Positions 55,455 through 64,000 of a stretch of DNA of 64,000 nt are shown one piece after another (position 1 is the stretch's first letter; every line of letters begins with the position of its first letter). The translations under genes and the position numbers were made by a program. Location of the stretch: NCBI RefSeq assembly GCF_009914755.1, contig NC_060927.1; one strand, given 5' to 3'. The notes beneath the pieces are model-generated. The model was not told where the DNA came from, did not search any database, and saw only the letters and a list, made by a program, of their open reading frames with translations. Source of the stretch: the human T2T-CHM13v2.0 reference genome, Homo sapiens.

Positions 55455-56408
55455 GGCTTCTGGGATACTTACTATGAAAGCAGGTTATTAAAAGAAATGT
55501 ATAGCTGCAAATGTCTATATTACAAATTAGAAAGATCTCAATGCAATAACCTAAACTTCCACCTTAATAAACTAAAAAAAGCACAAAATAAACCCAAAGA
55601 AAACTAGAAGAATGAAATAGTTATGATTAGAGAATAAATTAATGAAATAGAGAATAGAAAAATTATGGTGAAAAATCAGCAAAACAAAAGTTGATTATTT
55701 GAAAAGATCAATAAAATAGACAAGCCTATAGCTAGACTATCCAAAAAAAAAAGAAAAGGTTGAAATAATAAAATCAGTATTAAAACAGCAGACATCAATA
55801 ATGACCTGACAGAAACAAAAAGGATTATAAGGGCACAGTATAAATCTCTGCATACCCACAAATTAGACAACTTTGATAAAATGCAAAATTTTGTTAAAAG
55901 ACAAAAGTTACTGAAACTGACTTAAAAAGAAATGAAAAATATGAATACGCATATAACATATAAGAGATTGATTTAGTAAATAAAATTGCCATTAAGAAAA
56001 TCCCAGGCAAGATAGCTTCACAGGTGAAAACTACCAGATATTAAAAGAATAATTAATACCAATACTTACACATTCCTTCAAAAAAACAGAAAAAGAGAAA
56101 AGAATACTTCTCAACTTAATCTATGTGGCGAGTATTGCCCTCACAACAAAACCATACAAAAAGACTAAAAGAAAAAGAAAACTACCCAACAATATTCATT
56201 ATAAACATAGATGCAAAAATCTCAACAAAATACTAACAGAATCCAACACTTTAAAATAATTTTATGCTATGATCAAATGGAATTTATTCTAAGAATGAAA
56301 AATCTGTTTAATATCCCAAAGTCAGTCAGTGTAATAGACCATATTTATAGATTAAAGGACCAAAAACACATGATCTTAACAGTAGACATTTAAAAAAGAA
56401 GCATTTGG
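55455..56408 (+). mobile_element. L1M ORF2 fragment (host L1, left part)
   Basis: gaaaagatcaataaaatagacaagcctatagctagact, acatagatgcaaaaatctcaacaaaatact. Confidence 0.85.
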
Positions 56409-58523
56409 GAGAGTTTTGTCACCAAAATGACAGAATAGAAGCAATCCAGCTTCACTCCCCGCCCCAAGCCCAAGAAAGCCAAAAACAAATACCCAGCACC
56501 AGGATTATCACTAGCAATATCTCAGAAGTCAAGTCTAAGGATGAGACAATCCCTGGGGCCACAGAGAAGTGATAAAACTCCAAGCAGATGATAAGAGTTT
56601 CAGACTTCTATGTTGATGATGCCCCTTGTTTAATATACTAGGCACTACACATGTAAAATCTCCCCCAGACTCACAGTTTCTACACTGGAAAAAGTGAGAT
56701 TGAGGTAGACAACCAACTTTCCCACCATTTGATGTTCGCTTTCAGGAGAACTGTTTCTGCCTCACTCAAGGAAAACATTGAAAGTGCCTGTGGAGAGAAA
56801 AACCCCTTAGGGCCGCCAGAGACAAAGAGAAGAGGTGGACTACAATCCCCAGCCCATAAAATCTCTGCTCTGTATCTCCAAAAGAGCTGTCAGGTCAGAA
56901 TGGGCTGTTCATCAGCATCATGCTATATAGTAGGCATGTTCCATTGGTCTCCTGGGCACAAACCCCTAGATAGCCCTCCCACACAGCTGGGGTATCCTCT
57001 ATGGGACGTACCCCATATGGGACAGATAGCATTCCAAAAATTTTCTACAGCCAAGGCAAAGTGGAGCTTAAGGTGCCATCCGATCCCAAAAAAGGATGTA
57101 GTAATTTAGCAGAAAGGAAATCCAACAGGTAAATTGCAAAGAACCTCTAAGTAAATATGTCCAAGAAAAACAAAACAAGCCAGATAGAGAAGACTGGAAT
57201 AAATAACTAATTATTCAATATGAAGATATGCCCACAAGAAACAGCAGCAGGCAGGCAACCATGACCTCCCCAAATGGACAAAGCAAGAAGCCAGTGACCG
57301 ACCCTAATGAGATAGCTATAGGACATTGGTCTGAGCAAAGATTTTTTGGGGGAGTAAACCTCAAAAGCACAGACAACAAAAGGAAAAATAGACAAATGAG
57401 ATAACATTAAGCTAAACAACTTCTGAACAGCAAAGAAAACCATCACAAAGTGAAGAGACAACTTACAGAATATGAGAAAATATTTGCAAACTATTCATCT
57501 GACAAGGGATTAATAACCAGAATATATAAGGAATTCAAACACATATCAAAAAAATGGTCTGACTTAAAAACAAGCAAAACGATCTGAATAGACATTTTTC
57601 AAAAGAAGATATATAAATGGCCAAGAGGTATATGGAAAAAAAAAAAAGGACAGCATCACTAATCATCTGGGGAATGCAAATCAAAACCACAATGAGATAT
57701 CAACTGCAGCTAAAATGGCTATTATCAGAAAGTCAAAAAATAACAAATTCTGGAGAGAATGCAGATTAAGGGTAATGCTTGTACACCATTAGCGTGAATG
57801 TAAACCAGTGTAGTCATTATGGAAAGGTATGGAGTTTTCTTTAAAAAATAAAAATAGAACTACCACATGATCCAGCAATCCCACCACTGGGTTTATATTC
57901 AAAAGTAAGGAAATCAGTATATATCAAAGAGATATCTGCACTCCCATGTTTACTGCAACACTATTTACAGTATCTAAGACATAGAATCAACCTAAGTGTC
58001 CATCAGTGTATGAATGGATAAAAAAAAAATGTAATATGTATACACAATGGAATATTACTCAGCTGAAAAAAAGAATGAAATCTTGTCATTTGCAGCAACA
58101 GGGAAGGAACTCGAGGTCATTGTGAGCACAGAAAGACAAATATTACGTGTTCTCACTCATAAGCAGGAGCTAAAACACTGGATCTCAAAGAGGTAGAGAG
58201 AAAATGGTGATTACCAGAGGCTGGAAAGGGAAAGGGGGAGGAGAGGATAAAGAGAAGTTGGTTAAATGGTACAAAAATACAGTTAGATAGAAAAAATGAG
58301 TTCCAATATTTCATAGTATGAAGGAAAATAGTTAATGATTTATTCTACATTTCAAAATAACTAGAAGAGAAGAATTGTAATGTTTCCGACACAAAGAAAA
58401 GATAAATGCTTCAGTTGATGTATATCCCGATTATCCTGATTTGACCATTGCACATTATATACAGATATAAAAATATCATATGTACCACATAAATATGTAC
58501 AACTGTTATACATCAATTTTAAA
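56409..58523 (+). mobile_element. L1MA element with 5'UTR fused to ORF2 3' end/3'UTR (large internal deletion at ~57318)
   Basis: 5' end ccaaaatgacagaatagaagc. The ORF1 start region ends at ..cctaatgagatag and jumps to late ORF2 ggacattggtctgagcaaag. L1MA 3'UTR ends tatacatcaatttt. Confidence 0.85.
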
Positions 58524-59750
58524 AAGAATGAATTTGGGCTCCTACCACACATGATGCACAAATATTAACTAATAATTAATAATAAATATACATGTAAATG
58601 CTAAAAACATAAAAGTCTTAGAAAAAGACAGTAGTAAACTTTGAGACCTTGGGTTAGGCAATAGTTTCTTAGATAAAACACTAAAAACACAAATAAAAAA
58701 ATAGATTGGTTGAAATTCATTACAATTAAAAACTATTTTATCTGTAAAGAATACCATAAGGAAAGTGAAAACACACAGCAGAGAAAGTATTCAGAAATCA
58801 TGTATCTATTAAGTAGCTGGTATTCAGAAAAAATACATAAGAAAATTTTGCAACTCCATAATAATGAGACAAATGACACAACTGACAAATAGGCCAAGCA
58901 TCTGAATAAACATTTCCCCAAATAAGACACATAAGTGGTCTATAAACACACGGGAATATGCTTTATCATTTAGGCTAGGCTTTATGGAAATACAAAATAG
59001 TATCACAATTACTTACCACTTTATATCTACTAGGATGCCCAAAATTAAAAGCACAGACAATAACAAGTGTTGGTAAGGATGCGAAGAGATAGAAAAACGT
59101 TATATTGCTGGTAGGAATGTAAAATTTTATAATTGCTTTGGAAAACAGTTTGTCAGTTCCTCAAAATGTAAACAGAGTTAACATATGACTCAGCAATTCC
59201 AATCCTATGTATATATCCGACAGAAATAAAAACATACATCTGCCAAAAATAAAACTTGTGCACAAATCTTCATAATAACATGATTCATAATAACCAAAAA
59301 GTGAGATCAGCCCAAATATTAATTAACTGAACAAGGGCAAAACAAAATGAGGCATAGCTATACAATGCAATATTATTTGGAAATAAAAAGAATGAAACAC
59401 TGATTCATGCTCCAAAGTGAATATACTTTAAAAGCATTATGCTAAGTGAAAGAAGCCAATCACAAATAACACATATCATATGATTGCATTTCAAATATAT
59501 ATAATCATATGGTATGTGGCAATATAAAATGACTGAGAATAGATTAGTGGTTTCCATGAAGTAGAGGGAGATAAGATTGGGAAATGACTGCTAACAGAAA
59601 GGGGATTTTCTTTTGGAGTGAACAAATGTTCTAAAACTGGATAGTAGTAATGGTGCTGTAACCTTGTAAACATACTTAAATGACCAAGTTGTACATTTTA
59701 AAAGGGTAAGTTTGATAGTATGTAAATAGTAACTTTGTTATGCAAAAAAA
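58524..59750 (+). mobile_element. L1MB 3' portion (host L1, right part)
   Basis: atatgactcagcaattcc, attatgctaagtgaaagaagcc, aaatgttctaaaactggatagt. Confidence 0.85.
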
Positions 59751-60272
59751 TGCATTGGTAAATAAAAGTGTCTTGAAGAGGAACCACACAGGGAGAAAAA
59801 GAATATTTTTAAAAGGTAAGAAATAAGGCTAAGTTTGCAACTGAATGCCACTGGTTCACATTTTTCATTCATAATTTAAGATGTACAAGAAAGAATTCTG
59901 GTGTGAATATTTGATAAGTTGTTAGAAAAATGAAAGAGACGGCAATTTTGGAACGTTCTTTCAAATTTTCCATCTGTTCAACTACATAGACTGTCTCTTT
60001 AATTTTTCATGGAAGTTTATTATTAACAGCCTCTTCTTTCTGAAATTAAAATCATGTTGGAAAATCTGGAATTAAATTCTGACATTGATCACAATAAATA
60101 GGTCCACCATCAATATGTACTTTGACTTAAAGTTTAGTAAAATCTCTCAATCAGCTTTCTTTCTCACAATAATTAAATGTTTGTGGTGTTTTTGTGATTT
60201 TTAAAAAATGTAATGTCTGGTAAGTTAGCTTCAAGGAACTCTGTTATTTTCCTTCCTAACAATGGCCTGTCA

Positions 60273-60455
<183 letters not shown>

Positions 60456-61733
60456 TTAGAGTGGAGGAAGTCAAGAAGAATGAAGGTGAAAAAAATAATT
60501 ATTTTACTGGCTATTTTTTCAAATCATATTCTTCATCATTGTCAACTTAACTTTCTTTAGAAGTTCCAGCACTGATTTGGTGCAACCCAGAACGCTAATG
60601 CAATGATAAATTACTTTACACATGTAACACAAAATAGAACAAATATTTTTCCCTCAAATGAATTCACTCCATTTAAGTTGCAGTGTCAGGAAGCAAGAAA
60701 ACTAAATCCATAATCCTCCAAAGTCACTGGTTTAAATGTTATCCAAACCCTGACAGTTAAGGAGGCCAATAGTAAGTGTCTGACTTTGAGTTTAGTCAGT
60801 AATAATGGCCACTGTCTTGCCCACAGGAGTAAGTTCTTCCTGAGACACCAAGACGGAAGGAAGGACATGAAAAAAATGATGGTGAAATCAATAACAGACA
60901 TGTAACAGCAATCACATTAAATGACACTTTGCTCCATCCTCTTAGGCAAAAATGTTTTGTTGATTTTTTTGTTTGTAGATTTTTCAATTCTTGTATTAAC
61001 ATTAACACACTTTTCAAATCTTAGGGAAAGGTGTTAGGTGGAGGCAAAACAGAAATAGGGAAAAATGTCAGACCACCTCCTAAACTTTTCATACTCTTAT
61101 AAATGATTTGTTCCTAAATACTTGCCTTTGGGGATTCTGTTTCTTTCTCCATTGGGAAGGTGATACTAGTGCATTGAGTAGACTTTTTTTTGTACTAATG
61201 TTGTCTTACATCTGCTGAACGAATCAAGATACTGTGTCAAATCCACATTAGTAATGTGGATATATGCATAGTAATATATGCAAAAACAAGCATGCAAGAA
61301 TAGAAAGGAAAACACCAAAAAAGAAAGCCACAAGGGTAGCTTTCCCTTATTGCATATTTTAAAATACTGTAAAACTTATACAATCAAAATGATGTGTTAC
61401 TAGAAAATGAATAAACAAATATGCCAGTAAATAGCATAAAACGGCCCAGAAATAATCCCAAGTGCATATGAAAAGTTAGAATGTCATAAAAGTAGCATCT
61501 CAAACCACTGGGACAAAGATAGACTCTAAGTTGTCCTGGAATGGCTAGTTATTTAGAAAAAAACAAAATTGTATCTTTACTTCACACCATGAACTAGAGT
61601 AAGTTCCTATTGGATCAGGGACCTAAATGAAATAAACTGACTAAGCTCAAAGTCAGACACTATTTGTCTCTTTAGCTGTTAGGGTTTGGAGAAATTACAG
61701 TTGAATTCCTTTTAACTTTTGTGTAGGGAAAGC

Positions 61734-62052
61734 TTTTTTTTCTTTTTTTCTTTTTTTTTTTTTTTTCTGAGATAGGATTTTGCTCTGTTGCCCAGGCTAG
61801 AGTGCAGTGGTACAATCTTGGCTTACTGCAACCTCTGCCTCCCAGGCTCAAACAACCCTCCCACCTCAGCCTTCTGAGTAGCTGGGACTGTGGGTGCACA
61901 CCATCAGGATCAGATACATTTTTAATTTTTTTTGTAGAGACAAAGATCTCACTATATTGTCCAGGGTGGTCTTGAACTCCTGGGCTAAACTGATTCTCCC
62001 ACCTCGGCCTCCCAAACTGTTGAGATTACAGGAATGAGCACCAGGGTCCAAC
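61734..62052 (-). mobile_element. AluJ
   Basis: ctcccaggctcaaacaaccctcccacctcagcc and ttgtagagacaaagatctcactatattg are J diagnostics. Degenerate TSD tagggaaagcttttt/tagaaaagcctttct. Confidence 0.92.
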
Positions 62053-62404
62053 TAGAAAAGCCTTTCTAATTAGGATTCAAAATCCAGAGGGAACAAAAGA
62101 TTGCTATATTTGACTACATAAATTTTTTTAAGTATTTGAATGACAAAATAAATATAAAATAAAATAAATATAATACAAAAGTCAAAAGACATTGACAAAC
62201 TGGGAGAAAATCTTTGCAAAATATATCACAAATAGATAATATCCCTAATATAGAAAGAACTCTTAAAAACTGAGAGACAAAGAACCAAGTATCTGATGGA
62301 AAAATGGGGGAAAGGTAGGAAAACAACTCAAATAAAAAGTGAAAAGTAGTCCTTTAAACATGAGAAAAGGTATTCAAAGTCACTTATAATCAAAGAAACT
62401 TTAA

Positions 62405-62672
62405 GACGTGGTTCATGTCTGTATTCTCAGCACTTTGGGAGACTGAGGAGGCCGGATCCCTTGAGCCCAGGAGTCAGAGACCACACTAAGCAACATGGCA
62501 AAGCCCCATCTCTACAAAAAATACTAAAAATTAGCCGGGCATGGTGGCGCAGTTCTGTAGTCCCAGCTACCTGGTAGGCTACTTAGTAGTAGCTACAATG
62601 AGCTGTGATCGCGTCACGGCACTCCAGCCCAGACAACAGGAGTGAGACCCTGTCTCAAGAAAAAGAAGAAAA
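62405..62672 (+). mobile_element. AluJ (degenerate, with an internal deletion)
   Basis: cccttgagcccaggag, tctacaaaaaatactaaaaattagccgggc, gagtgagaccctgtctc. Confidence 0.9.
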
Positions 62673-62746
62673 AGGAATGTTAATAAAAATAACACTTAAA
62701 TATAAATTTGGCACCTATTAGATAACTGAAAATTGTACAAGTATGA

Positions 62747-63118
<372 letters not shown>

Positions 63119-63784
63119 ATGGTATAACTTTTAAAGGAGGATTTAGCAATATCTAATAAAACTACTTATGCACATACTTTTGACTCCTGAAGTTATCCTG
63201 AACATATGCCTCCAACAATATGAAAATGTATATGTAATGTTATTCATTATAGCATTGTTTGCAACTGTACTTGGAAAACAATCTAAATGCCTATATGAGG
63301 AGAATGGGTGAATAAACTATGGCACCCACAAAGCGGAATACTACACCGCTATAAAAAATGACGAGGCAAAACTCTATGAACGGATAGGGAGTGATTTCCA
63401 AGATATAAAATCAAATGGAAAAGCAAAGTGCAAAAGTGTACCTATAGTATATGCTGCCTTTTATATAACAAATAAAAGGATACAACAAAATATATAGGGA
63501 TCTGCTCATTTGTGCAAAATGGAACACTAAAAGGATAAACTAGAATCTAATGAGAAAGATCACCTACAGAGAGGAGGTAAAAACAGGTGGAGAGAATAGG
63601 GAAATGAGAATGGAGGATCAAGAGTGAGATGCGGAATGGAACTTCTCTGAGTATACCATCTCCTGGATTGGAACATTTGACCCCAACTACCTCACTGCTA
63701 ACTTTTAGCATTTGATGCTTCTAAAAAGATAAATCTTGCATTTTATTCAAATTTTGTAATTTATCTCACTGAAAGAACTGATTC

Positions 63785-64000
63785 TTTTAAACTTTTAAGT
63801 TCAAACATTCATGTGCACGTTTGTTCTATAGGCAAATTGTGTGTTATGGGGGTTTTGCGTACAGATTATTTCATCACCCAGGTAATAAGTATAGTACCTA
63901 ATAATGGACTCCAGCTCCATCCATGTTGCTGCCAAAGATAGAACATCATTTTTCTATGGCTGCATAGTATTTCACACTGTATATGTACCACATTTTCTTT
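63785..64000 (-). mobile_element. Old L1PA/L1PB 3'UTR fragment (runs off the window)
   Basis: acagattatttcatcacccaggta, ccagctccatccatgttgctg, tatggctgcatagtatt. Confidence 0.85.

Overview
This is primate (almost certainly human) AT-rich, repeat-dense non-coding genomic DNA, either intergenic or deep intronic. Most of the window is nested transposon debris: old L1M/L1MA/L1MB/L1MC/L1ME and HAL1-like LINEs, L2, L3/CR1, MIR, many MaLR LTRs, MER2 and Tigger3a MITEs, and Alus (FLAM, J, S, Y). The MaLR set includes a complete two-LTR THE1A provirus and an internally deleted THE1 provirus. I recognise no intact host protein-coding exon, RNA gene or CRISPR array, and the long ORFs in the track come from repeats. 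The most notable item is a ~1 kb, GC-rich, 5'-truncated mRNA retrocopy on the minus strand (27946-28963) with a poly(A) tail, an AATAAA signal and a TSD. It appears to contain only 3'UTR, tentatively CAVIN1/PTRF from memory. Other leads are a THE1A LTR promoter and splice donor with DUX4-type motifs upstream of strong orphan exons, two nearby AluY copies sharing the same two transversions, a three-layer nested insertion, and two speculative phase-consistent minus-strand exon chains. Repeat subfamily names come from recalled consensus similarity and need RepeatMasker/Dfam confirmation. I found no convincing new biological system.
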